Shown here piece after piece: positions 8,795 to 18,043 of a stretch of DNA of 42,960 nucleotides (positions within the stretch are counted from its first letter, which is position 1; every line of letters starts with the position of its first letter). Made by a program: the position numbers and the translations under genes. Source of the stretch: a virus; IMG/VR virus record IMGVR_UViG_3300025825_000008. One strand, given 5' to 3'. The notes below the pieces were generated by a model, which did no database searches, was not told where the DNA came from, and worked only from the letters and a program-made list of their open reading frames with translations.

Positions 8795-9210
8795 TGGATA
8801 TTAGAGTTTTAAAAAATGAGGATATAATACAGTTGTTAGCTTTATCAACTGAAATGTATAAAAGTATTAATAACTTAGTTAACGACTTTGGGGCTATTAA
8901 TACAGTTATTCATGAAATAAATACTCAACAAGATTTTACTGCTGTTGGTTTATTTGACGTAGACAAACTTGTAGGGTTTACAAAAGGTTATTATTTTTCA
9001 AAAAAAATATTTCATTTTTCCGGGATTTATGTTATAATGAAAAATACAAAATTTACTAAAGATTTAATTGATTTTAGTTTAAATCTAGTTAAAGAAAAGG
9101 GATACTCTGCTTGGACTGCTAAAGCCTCAAATAGCAATATTTCTTCTATTTTACAAACTAAATATAATGCACAAGTTGACTATACACAACTTATTAAGGA
9201 GTTTGATTAA
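8794..9210 (+). CDS. GNAT-like acetyltransferase-fold protein (tentative)
   Basis: 138 aa. MDIRVLKNEDI...LVGFTKGYYF...IYVIMKN...KEKGYSAWTAKASNSNISSILQTKYNAQ follows the GNAT strand/helix order, but the Q/RxxGxG/A acetyl-CoA motif is not evident. Confidence 0.35.
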   Translation: MDIRVLKNEDIIQLLALSTEMYKSINNLVNDFGAINTVIHEINTQQDFTAVGLFDVDKLVGFTKGYYFSKKIFHFSGIYVIMKNTKFTKDLIDFSLNLVKEKGYSAWTAKASNSNISSILQTKYNAQVDYTQLIKEFD

Positions 9211-10082
9211 TGGGAGATGTAATAGGGGGTATTACGGACGCTGTAGGTCTTACTAATCGTAAAGGCGAGAAAAAAGCAGCTCAAGCCGCAGCAGACGCTA
9301 ATAAAGCTGCTGTAGCTATGTCTAAAGAGCAGATTGACTTTTCTAAAGAACAACTGGAGTTTCAAAAAGAACAATATGCGGATTGGGAAGCTGTATACGG
9401 TAGTTTACAGCAAAATCTTGGTGACTACTATAATAGTCTTGACGCCGATGAGCTTGTTACATTAGGACTTGAAAACCAACAAAAAGAATTTCAAGCTGTT
9501 GAAACATCTATAAGACGTGATGCTGCGCAAAGAGGTCTAAAAAATAGCGGTTTAGAGTATTATGAGGTTAATAAAGCTAAAGTAGGTAACGCCATTGCCA
9601 GAGCTTCGATAAGAACTAGTGGCGATAAAATGGTAGCAGAAGAAAAACTTAAGTTTTTAGGTGTTGGTTTAGGTCAAGGTACAGCATTGTTAGGTAATGT
9701 AGGTAGCTCAGCTAATACTGTAACAAGTGCTTATAATTCTGGTATAAACTCAAGGAATAATTTTGGTAACTCTTACATAAATCAATCTACACAATTAGGC
9801 GTGCAAAATATGAATAGTATGGGCGATTTAATAGGTGCAGGTGCATCTATAGCTTCAGCTGCTATTATGGCTTCAGATAGAGAGTTAAAAGAAAATATTA
9901 AAAAAGTTGGTTATGAAAAAGGTTTTAATATTTATGAGTTTAATTATAAGGGAGATAAACAAAAATATAAAGGTGTTTTAGCGCAAGAAGTAATTAAAGT
10001 TAAACCTGAAGCTATTGTGCATACTGATAACGCTATTTTAGTAGATTATGATGCTATAGGATTAAAAATGGAGAAAGTATAA
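9210..10082 (+). CDS. Virion protein with C-terminal peptidase S74 intramolecular-chaperone (auto-cleaving) domain
   Basis: The C-terminus SDRELKENIKKVGYEKGFNIYEFNYKGDKQKYKGVLAQEVIKVKPEAIV...VDYDAIG matches the SDxxxKxNI...GxxAQEV signature of endosialidase/tail-fibre chaperone domains. The N-terminal 220 aa is coiled-coil plus Gly/Ser/Ala-rich. Confidence 0.8.
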   Translation: MGDVIGGITDAVGLTNRKGEKKAAQAAADANKAAVAMSKEQIDFSKEQLEFQKEQYADWEAVYGSLQQNLGDYYNSLDADELVTLGLENQQKEFQAVETSIRRDAAQRGLKNSGLEYYEVNKAKVGNAIARASIRTSGDKMVAEEKLKFLGVGLGQGTALLGNVGSSANTVTSAYNSGINSRNNFGNSYINQSTQLGVQNMNSMGDLIGAGASIASAAIMASDRELKENIKKVGYEKGFNIYEFNYKGDKQKYKGVLAQEVIKVKPEAIVHTDNAILVDYDAIGLKMEKV

Positions 10083-11992
10083 TGTCAGGACCAATTACAG
10101 CGGGTGTTAATAGAGGTATAGCATTAGGTCTTCAAGAAAGAGGACGTAGAGAAGAATTACGTTTTCAAAAAGAAAAACGCGACCAAGAGCTAAAAATAAT
10201 GGGTTACGACCCTGAAACTATGAATGTTATACCTGGTTCGCCTGCAGATGTTGAAAAAGCTAAAAACGCTCAAACTTTACAAATGTATAAAGCATTAGAA
10301 GGAAAATTAGCCGCTCAAGATACAGATACCGCTATTTTAGACTTTTCTGAAACTGGTGATGCAAAATACTTACAAAATGCATTAGATAAAAATCCTGCAT
10401 TAAAGAATGCTTGGGCGCAAAGAGGGGTGTTAAATGTAGGCAATCTAGATTGGCAAAATGATTCGGATTTATTAAAGAAAAATGGTTTTAATACAGCTGA
10501 GTATGATACGGAAGAAAAACAAAACTTATTACGTAAAAATGTTTACAAATTTTATGACGGTAAACAATGGAAGTTAGGCATGCTTAATAATGTTATGGTT
10601 GAAACAGGAGCCATGCAAAGATTAGGTAAACATAGAGCACAAGGAATAGTTAATAATTATAAACAGTTTAGAGAGTTTATGGCAGGTCCACGTTCTTCTC
10701 CTAATACTGCTGAAGGCCATAAATTTGAGAGTGAAATTATGCAAGCATCAGATTCAACAGGTGTACCTGCTAATTTATTGGCAGCTATGACAAATGTGGA
10801 TTCTGACTTATCGCCAGCAAAAGAAAATATTGCGGGTAATGCAGAACGCATGAAAGAACTATTAACTAAGTATAATGGTGATACTAGATTAGCTTTAGCA
10901 GCATTTGCAGGGGGTGAGGCTAATGTAGATAAGCATAACGGTGTACCCCCAATGTTAGATACACAAAAATATGTATCAACTGTTTTAAATAATTTTTCTA
11001 ATGGTGAAAGTTATTACGTAGATAATACTGCTATACAAGAAGGCCAGCAAATGGGGCCTCAGTCTATGGTTAATCCACCTAATATAGAAGATTTAAACAA
11101 CAGGCAAAAACAATATTTAGATAATAGAATTGCTACTATTCAAAACTTTATTCGTGGTAACGCAAATGCTGCTCAAGGTACTACAAATAAAAATGAAGAC
11201 ACAAAAGTTGATTTAGCTAAACAAGAGGCCAAAAATCAATCTCGTGGTTTAGACATTAGAGAGAGAGAATTAATCACTAAAATACAAGAAAATTTTATCA
11301 AACTAAGAACTGATGGGTCTACAACAGTACAAAAGGATTTAGTTGCGGCAGAAAACCAAACTATAGATTTATTGAACAAGTTTGGAGGTGAAGATAATTT
11401 CTTTAATACTGATTTTTCGAATGAAAAGAATTTTAATAAAGCATGGCAAAATGTTGTTAAAATTAATAAACTTGAAGGCACAGAACTTACTCAAAAAGAT
11501 AAGGAAAACATAACTGAGATTAGAGGGCTGATAAGTTTAGCAGGCCCTGCTAGTAGACTTTCATCAACACAAACAGGTATAGTTGACAAAACATTATCAG
11601 ATTTTAAAAAATATGTATCTGAATCTGTACCAAAAGCAGATAGAACAGCTGCTATGGCAAGTTTTAGAAATAGCCTAAAACATGCTTTATTTGGCTCTGC
11701 TCAAACTGAGGGTGAAATAAAAGCATTTAATGAAGCTTTTGGTACAAATAAACAAAAACTAGGGCCAGTTTTGAGACAGTTTAAAGTTGCTTTAACTCAA
11801 GTACAAGATAAATTAGACTCAGCTGCAAAATTAGGTAATCCTTACACTATGCATGTTATGGTTGGCGCAGATAGAAACAAATTAAATAATATAAGAAGTG
11901 CTTTACAACAAAGAATTGATTATATAGAAGGTAGACAACCTGTTCAACAAAAACCTTCTTTAGATTCAATATTTGAAGGAGCCGCAGACTAA
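10082..11992 (+). CDS. Internal virion/ejection protein with SLT-like (lytic transglycosylase) domain
   Basis: 636 aa. FESEIMQASDSTGVPANLLAAMTNVDSDLSP...GDTRLALAAFAGGEANV follows the SLT goose-lysozyme-like pattern (…ES…AAYNAG), but Asp sits where the catalytic Glu is expected. Confidence 0.55.
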   Translation: MSGPITAGVNRGIALGLQERGRREELRFQKEKRDQELKIMGYDPETMNVIPGSPADVEKAKNAQTLQMYKALEGKLAAQDTDTAILDFSETGDAKYLQNALDKNPALKNAWAQRGVLNVGNLDWQNDSDLLKKNGFNTAEYDTEEKQNLLRKNVYKFYDGKQWKLGMLNNVMVETGAMQRLGKHRAQGIVNNYKQFREFMAGPRSSPNTAEGHKFESEIMQASDSTGVPANLLAAMTNVDSDLSPAKENIAGNAERMKELLTKYNGDTRLALAAFAGGEANVDKHNGVPPMLDTQKYVSTVLNNFSNGESYYVDNTAIQEGQQMGPQSMVNPPNIEDLNNRQKQYLDNRIATIQNFIRGNANAAQGTTNKNEDTKVDLAKQEAKNQSRGLDIRERELITKIQENFIKLRTDGSTTVQKDLVAAENQTIDLLNKFGGEDNFFNTDFSNEKNFNKAWQNVVKINKLEGTELTQKDKENITEIRGLISLAGPASRLSSTQTGIVDKTLSDFKKYVSESVPKADRTAAMASFRNSLKHALFGSAQTEGEIKAFNEAFGTNKQKLGPVLRQFKVALTQVQDKLDSAAKLGNPYTMHVMVGADRNKLNNIRSALQQRIDYIEGRQPVQQKPSLDSIFEGAAD

Positions 11993-13827
11993 TGAAAACA
12001 GATTTAAACACTATTAGAGATACATTTAAAATAAGTTATGACACTTATTATGATAGTCGCCTTGAAGGAGAAGAGGTTGACGATATGTATCATAATAGAC
12101 AGTATAATAGAGAGCAGTTAGCAACTTTAGCTAACCGCGGTCAACCAGCTGAAACTTTTAACGTTATTAAATTGTTTGGTAGATTATTATTAGGTTATTA
12201 TTCTACAGTAGTTAATACTGTAAAAGTTAGCCCAGAAGATTATGTTGATATAGATACGGCTAATTTATTAAATGATGTAGTTTCTTATGTCATGAGAACT
12301 AATCATATGGAAACAGAAGGAGATAAAATAAAACTTGATGGACTATTAGCAGGTTTAATGTGTTGTTATATAGATGTTATAGAAACAGGTAGAAAGGATA
12401 GATTTGGTAGAACTATTAAAAAGATTGTTTTATCCCATGTGCCTTGGCAAGAAATATGTTTGGACCCTATGTCTAAACTTGAGGATTATAGCGATGCAAG
12501 ATTTATTCATAGGTGGAAGTGGGTAACAGAAGAAGCATTAAGAACTATGTTCCCTAATAAGAAGGAAGTAATAGACGAATTAGAAGCTTATGAAAATCAT
12601 TTAAACATTAATGAAGCTGAATTTGAAGATAATTTTGGTAAAGTATTTGATGGTGATTTTAAACGCTTTAATAATTATTGTTTAGTTCACACTATTATAA
12701 CTGATGAAGTAGGTAAGTCTTGGTCTATTTTTTGGTGTGGAGAAAAAGAATTAAAGAGAAGTGAAGTAACACATAAAGAAGTTAAAAACCCTTATCGTGT
12801 ACATAAATTAAATACTAGTCGTTTAGCAGAGCATTATGGCATATTTAGAGAAGTTGTTGAGAGCCAAAAGGCTGTAAATCAAGCTATACTTAAAATTCAA
12901 CTCATGGCTAATACGCAAAAAATTATTGTTGAAGACAAAGTTGTTGACGATATAGAGGATTTTGCGGATAAAGTTAATCGTGTTAATGGTATTCTTCAAG
13001 TTAAGAATATTAACAAGATTAGAATAGAAAACATGACTAAGGAGATAGCTGACCAGTATGTTATTATAGAAAAAGCTTTTGCCCGTATACAAAGAGTTTT
13101 AGGTATTAATGATAGTTTCTTAGGCATGGCTTTTGCTTCAGATAGCGGTAGAAAAGTTAAACTACAGCAAAATTCTACTACGTTATCTTTGAGATATCTA
13201 ACAGTAAGAATAGAACAATTTTATAGATTGATGGGTTGGGATTGTATTCATTTAATAAAGCAATATTATACAGCAGAACAAACTTTAAGAATAACTGATG
13301 ATAGTACAGGTGAGCGTTGGGTTGCTTTAAACCAACCTATGACTATGTGGTCCGGAGAATTCGACGAAAATGGCCAACCTATTATGCAATTTGTTTGGGA
13401 AGAAGTTTTAAATCCTGCTACAAATAAACCTGAATTAGACGAAAAAGGTAATTATATAATTGCGCCTATTCCAACTAGGGAAAGTGAAGTAGCTTTTACA
13501 GACGTTGAAATAAGTATAGATAGTGCAGCTTATAATGATGAGGATGAGAAAAATCAGTTGATGCTTGAAACAGTATTACAAGGTAATATAGGTGGAGCTT
13601 TATCTGAGGTAAATCCAGCAGGATACTTTAAAGCAGCTAGTTTAACTGTTAAGTCTATGAAAACTAAATATAGCCCTGATATTAGTGGTATATTAGGGCA
13701 AACAGCTGAAATGATTGCAGGTGGAGCTGTTGCACCTCCTTCACCTGTAGATAGAACAACACCAGCTTCACCTAAGAGTCAAGCTTTAAAACTACCGCAA
13801 AACACTAATGAAGGAGTTGCTGGATGA
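11992..13827 (+). CDS. Portal protein
   Basis: 611 aa. The size, the N-terminal DDMYHNRQYNREQLATLANRGQPAETFNVIK pattern and the central helical QKAVNQAILKIQLMAN segment are typical of podovirus portals. Acidic/Pro-rich C-terminal tail. Confidence 0.6.
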   Translation: MKTDLNTIRDTFKISYDTYYDSRLEGEEVDDMYHNRQYNREQLATLANRGQPAETFNVIKLFGRLLLGYYSTVVNTVKVSPEDYVDIDTANLLNDVVSYVMRTNHMETEGDKIKLDGLLAGLMCCYIDVIETGRKDRFGRTIKKIVLSHVPWQEICLDPMSKLEDYSDARFIHRWKWVTEEALRTMFPNKKEVIDELEAYENHLNINEAEFEDNFGKVFDGDFKRFNNYCLVHTIITDEVGKSWSIFWCGEKELKRSEVTHKEVKNPYRVHKLNTSRLAEHYGIFREVVESQKAVNQAILKIQLMANTQKIIVEDKVVDDIEDFADKVNRVNGILQVKNINKIRIENMTKEIADQYVIIEKAFARIQRVLGINDSFLGMAFASDSGRKVKLQQNSTTLSLRYLTVRIEQFYRLMGWDCIHLIKQYYTAEQTLRITDDSTGERWVALNQPMTMWSGEFDENGQPIMQFVWEEVLNPATNKPELDEKGNYIIAPIPTRESEVAFTDVEISIDSAAYNDEDEKNQLMLETVLQGNIGGALSEVNPAGYFKAASLTVKSMKTKYSPDISGILGQTAEMIAGGAVAPPSPVDRTTPASPKSQALKLPQNTNEGVAG

Positions 13828-16595
13828 AAGAAGAGCAGCCTATAAATAAATATAGTATGGACTATTTAGGTAGTAACAGTGAACATTTACCTAAAGTAGA
13901 TTTACCAGAAGTTAAAGGTAGAGTTAATACACAACCAACAGAAATAGCAGAACCTGTAAACACAGACAACTTTAGTAATACTATTTATAAAGCTTTAAAT
14001 GAAGGTTCTACAATAGTTGATGTAAAGAATAATCTAGCTAATAAAGGTATAGATGAAGATGAGGCTAATTTAACTATTACAAATGAGATAAAAGGTAAGA
14101 TTAAACAAGCACGTGAAGTAGGATATGATGAAGAAGAAATAAGTAACTTTTTAGCTTCTAAAGGTTACGACCCTGAGACATTAGCTAATGCTATGCAAGC
14201 ATCTAAAATTAATGAAAGTTATAAAAGATTAGACTTTAATATTAATCAAGTATCTGAGCAAGACAGAGCTATGGGTATTGCGGATACGTATAAAAGTGTG
14301 TACTCAAAATATTCAACTTTTGGTAAAGAAATAACTGGTGCTTTATTTAACGAAGAAATGGCTATTGAAGCCAGAAGAGAAATAAATCAACTAAATTATG
14401 GTGTAGTAGAAGAATTAAAGAAACAAGGTATAGAAGCATTTATACATCCTGAAGATGGTGAAGTGATGATGCGTGATGCTAACGGCTTAGTTACTGAAGT
14501 TGATAGCAGTATTTTAAATGATTTATTTAATTCTAAAGGTGAATTTGCTGGTGCAGTTGGCGGCGCTATTGCTGGAGCCAGGCTAGGTTCAATGGCTGGT
14601 GCTGCTGGAGGTTCGGTTGTTCCTGGTATAGGCACAGCTGCTGGAGGTCTTGGTGGAGCTATAGCAGGTGCAATTAGTGGTGGAGCTATGGGTGCAGCTG
14701 CAGGTAAAGCATTAGACTTAACTATTAATGCTAAAAAGTTAAGCGAAGATTTAACCGCCCAGCTTTATATGTCTCAAATGAAAGAAGCCGCAGCTGCAGA
14801 TGCTATATTTGGTGTTATAGGTTCAGTTGCATGGAAGCTTTCTGCAAAAGGTTGGAGAGGGATTAAAAAAGGTTTTCAACACTTTACGCATGGGAATTCA
14901 AACGGGGCTTTTAAAGTTTTAAAAGAAAATCTTAACATTCCAGATGAAGAAGTTGCAGATATTATAGATAGCTGGGAAAGATTAAATAGGCGCAAAGCGC
15001 CAGGTAGTTCTTTTGAAGAAAAAGCTATAAGAGTTATTTCAGAAACACAAAAAGAAGTACCTGCAGCTTTAAAAACTGCCGCAGGTAGTAATGAGAGGAT
15101 AACTAAAGTACTAAAACAAGAAGTAGATGAGCGCGCAAAAGGTTTACAGAAAGCTATAGCAAATATTACAGATGATAACATAGGTGGCGCTATTCGTAAA
15201 GATTTAACTAGGTATGAAAAAGATGTTAAAGATTTTTACGGCGCTGTTAAAGATATGGCGGTAAAAGAGATACAAGGTACAGACTTTAGATTTGACTACG
15301 ATAAATTAGCTATTGAGCCAGTATTAAAGGATATAGGTTTGGAATTATCAGACCCTATTAAAAGGCAACAATTTGTGAATTATTCTACTAAAATTGCTAA
15401 TGCTTCGGAAGATAGAACTTTTGGCGGGTTATTGGAATTAAGAGCTATTGTAAATAATTTTAAATACAGTAAAACTTCTTTAAAACCAAGAGATATTAAT
15501 GCTTTAAATACAGTAATAAATAAAATTGATGGTCAAATAGGTAAAGCTGCCAAAACATATTTACCCAATGGAGCAGAGTGGAGTAAACAATTCGCTAAAG
15601 CCAAAGAAGAATATGCTAAAATGAAAGTAATTAAAGAGAATACTTTATATAAACTTATTACTAAAGATGGTGCGACAGAAAAAACCATACGAGCTAATTT
15701 ATCTAAATATAGTACAGCTAAAGATGTAGATGGAGAAACATTTAATCTTTTAGTTGATAAACTATCGCCTAAAGTTAGAATTAAAACAGAAGGTGCAGCA
15801 GTTAAAAATTTAATTGATAAGTATACTGTAGGCCATATAACAGAAAATCAAGCTGTAATATTTCCAAAATTAGCAGAAGAATTAAGAGGTTTAAACTTAA
15901 AAACTCCACAAGCTAAGCGTATAATTAAACTAGTTGATGAATTTGCAAAAGTTTATAAAAATGACCCTGATTTAGCGGGATTAACAAGTAGATTTAACGG
16001 TAGTATTGAAAGTAGTATTGCTCAATCTTTAGGAGGTAAATTAAAGCAATATTTAGTAAAATCTATGTGGGGTAGAATGATAAAATATACTCCTACAGAT
16101 TTAGGTAAAGAAATTTCTTTAATACACAATATAGATAAATTATTCAAAAATCCGCTACACTCTGCAACAGCTGAGCAAGTTCTAAAAGATATACCAGATG
16201 AAGCTATACCTGAAGTTAGGTCTTTAATGAAAGAATTAGCTATTGAGCAAGCAAAGAAAGGTCCTATTAAAGAACCAACTATGACTAGAATGTATAAACA
16301 ATCTAAGTCTGGTAAACTAGTTACTACAGATGGAACTTTAGGTAAAGGTGTTTATTTAGTAGACAAAATTAAAAATCCTTTGAAAACAAATACCGTTGCA
16401 AGTAAAGAAGTGGATACGTCTAAGTTAGCTACATTAGAGGATATTGCAACTATTGTAGGTAGAGACGTAGATATTAAAGAAGTACGTAATTTACCTAACA
16501 TAAATAATCAGTTAATGGAAAAAGGTTTTAACGGTATAAAATTTGATAATAGAGCTATGCTATTTCCTGAGTTATTAAAAACGGAGGCCAAATAA
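13824..16595 (+). CDS. Large virion-associated protein with glycine-zipper membrane segment (putative ejection/pore protein)
   Basis: 923 aa. ATGA-coupled to the portal gene. Residues ~243-297, GAVGGAIAGARLGSMAGAAGGSVVPGIGTAAGGLGGAIAGAISGGAMGAAAG, form a long GxxxG/A zipper. The rest is helical and Lys/Glu-rich. Confidence 0.5.
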   Translation: MKEEQPINKYSMDYLGSNSEHLPKVDLPEVKGRVNTQPTEIAEPVNTDNFSNTIYKALNEGSTIVDVKNNLANKGIDEDEANLTITNEIKGKIKQAREVGYDEEEISNFLASKGYDPETLANAMQASKINESYKRLDFNINQVSEQDRAMGIADTYKSVYSKYSTFGKEITGALFNEEMAIEARREINQLNYGVVEELKKQGIEAFIHPEDGEVMMRDANGLVTEVDSSILNDLFNSKGEFAGAVGGAIAGARLGSMAGAAGGSVVPGIGTAAGGLGGAIAGAISGGAMGAAAGKALDLTINAKKLSEDLTAQLYMSQMKEAAAADAIFGVIGSVAWKLSAKGWRGIKKGFQHFTHGNSNGAFKVLKENLNIPDEEVADIIDSWERLNRRKAPGSSFEEKAIRVISETQKEVPAALKTAAGSNERITKVLKQEVDERAKGLQKAIANITDDNIGGAIRKDLTRYEKDVKDFYGAVKDMAVKEIQGTDFRFDYDKLAIEPVLKDIGLELSDPIKRQQFVNYSTKIANASEDRTFGGLLELRAIVNNFKYSKTSLKPRDINALNTVINKIDGQIGKAAKTYLPNGAEWSKQFAKAKEEYAKMKVIKENTLYKLITKDGATEKTIRANLSKYSTAKDVDGETFNLLVDKLSPKVRIKTEGAAVKNLIDKYTVGHITENQAVIFPKLAEELRGLNLKTPQAKRIIKLVDEFAKVYKNDPDLAGLTSRFNGSIESSIAQSLGGKLKQYLVKSMWGRMIKYTPTDLGKEISLIHNIDKLFKNPLHSATAEQVLKDIPDEAIPEVRSLMKELAIEQAKKGPIKEPTMTRMYKQSKSGKLVTTDGTLGKGVYLVDKIKNPLKTNTVASKEVDTSKLATLEDIATIVGRDVDIKEVRNLPNINNQLMEKGFNGIKFDNRAMLFPELLKTEAK

Positions 16596-16963
16596 TGACA
16601 ATAGAGCCTGAAGAATATAACTTGACTATACACAAAGGAGGTAAATTTTACTTTGAATTTCAGCTTCAAGATGATGAGGGTTTACCTATTTCATTAGTTG
16701 GCAAAAGTTTAAAATGTAGAATAAAAGAATCTGTTAGGTCTTCTGAAGTTTTACTTGATTTAACAACAGCTAATGGTGGTATGATTATAACTGATGCTGT
16801 CAATGGTATAGCAGCAATATCTATACGATCAGATGAGACCAGCGTTGATGCGGATAGAGGAGTTTACGATATTATACAAATAGATAATAGCTATCCTACT
16901 ATTGAATCTGAGTATATTATGTTTGGTAAAGTAACGTTTATTACAGGGATTACACCACAATGA
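16595..16963 (+). CDS. Hypothetical virion protein (small beta-sandwich-like)
   Basis: 122 aa. Coupled at both ends (TAATG / ATGA), immediately upstream of the tail fibre gene. Confidence 0.5.
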   Translation: MTIEPEEYNLTIHKGGKFYFEFQLQDDEGLPISLVGKSLKCRIKESVRSSEVLLDLTTANGGMIITDAVNGIAAISIRSDETSVDADRGVYDIIQIDNSYPTIESEYIMFGKVTFITGITPQ

Positions 16964-18036
16964 GTATAATAGTTATTAGAAGAGGTTTGCAAGGTAATAG
17001 AGGTTTAACAGGAGAGGCTGCTCCTGCGTCTATTACTGTTGCAAACAATATTGTTAATGTAAATGCAGTTGGTGATGCTATTGATGATATTACTACTTGT
17101 GCAGATAATTTAGCGGACATACAAGCAGCTCCACAGGCTGCGATAGACGCAGCTAACAATGCTGCTATGGCTACTTTTTTCTTTGGCACAACAGGTGGTT
17201 CGGCGAATGCTTATACTCTAGACACAGGTGGAGACATAGCATTAGCTAATGGACAAGCGTTTAGATTTATTGCTAATCACTTATCTACTGGTAATGTTAC
17301 TTTAACTGTAGATAGTAATAGCGCTAAACCAGTTAGATTTGAAGGTTTATTTGAGTTACCAGAATACACAATTAAAAATGGTCAAGTTACTACGGTTATT
17401 TATGACAGCGTAAGTGACACATTCCAACCATTAGAAAGTAAGCCGGTTACAGGTGATATAATATTTTATAGTAAAAGCTCTAAGCCAGGCTACGCTTCTT
17501 TAGATGGTACCACAACTATAGGTTCGGCCGCTTCTGGAGCGACTATTGCAGCTGCTTATTGTGAGGGTTTATATAGGTTAATATGGGATAATAGTGATAA
17601 TGCGGAATTTGCTGTTTCATCGGGAAGAGGTGGAAGTGCTGCAGCTGATTTTGCCGCAAATAAAACTTTAACCTTAGCTAGTGTTAAAGATAAATCATTG
17701 CATGGCGTAGGTACAACATTAACTAAGTTAGGTAAAACAAGTGGAAATGCTAATCAGTCTCCAACAGGAAGTATTAGCATAAACAGTTTTAATATTGCTG
17801 TACATAATTTACCTGTACATAAACATGAAAATGTTGGTTCACTAGGAGCAGGAAACAAATGGGGTGAAGGTTCAACTATTACTGCGGGTAATTTTAGTGG
17901 TTCCAGAACAGACCAATCAGCTTATAGTAGTCCAGTAGGAAGTGGCGCGAGTATTACGCCAACAGGTTCTTTTTCAGGTAGTTCTATGAGTATACTACAT
18001 CCGGTATTTGGAATGCACGTGCTAATTAAAATATAG
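16960..18036 (+). CDS. Tail fibre protein with phage tail-collar-like receptor-binding region
   Basis: 358 aa. TGDIIFYSKSSKPGYASLDG...YCEGLYRLIWDN...FAANKTLTLASVKDKSLHGVG...NLPVHKH resembles the tail-collar (MdpB-like) domain pattern. Gly/Ser-rich C-terminus. Confidence 0.6.
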   Translation: MSIIVIRRGLQGNRGLTGEAAPASITVANNIVNVNAVGDAIDDITTCADNLADIQAAPQAAIDAANNAAMATFFFGTTGGSANAYTLDTGGDIALANGQAFRFIANHLSTGNVTLTVDSNSAKPVRFEGLFELPEYTIKNGQVTTVIYDSVSDTFQPLESKPVTGDIIFYSKSSKPGYASLDGTTTIGSAASGATIAAAYCEGLYRLIWDNSDNAEFAVSSGRGGSAAADFAANKTLTLASVKDKSLHGVGTTLTKLGKTSGNANQSPTGSISINSFNIAVHNLPVHKHENVGSLGAGNKWGEGSTITAGNFSGSRTDQSAYSSPVGSGASITPTGSFSGSSMSILHPVFGMHVLIKI

Positions 18037-18043
18037 GTAGATT

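Noticed and set aside
13824-16595. Virion-encapsidated RNA polymerase (N4-like) or T7-like RNAP, suggested by the N4-type capsid protein.
   Set aside because: The largest ORFs (923, 754 and 636 aa) show no RNAP motifs and are far too small for an N4 vRNAP. Host-type -35/-10 promoters are present at the operon starts.
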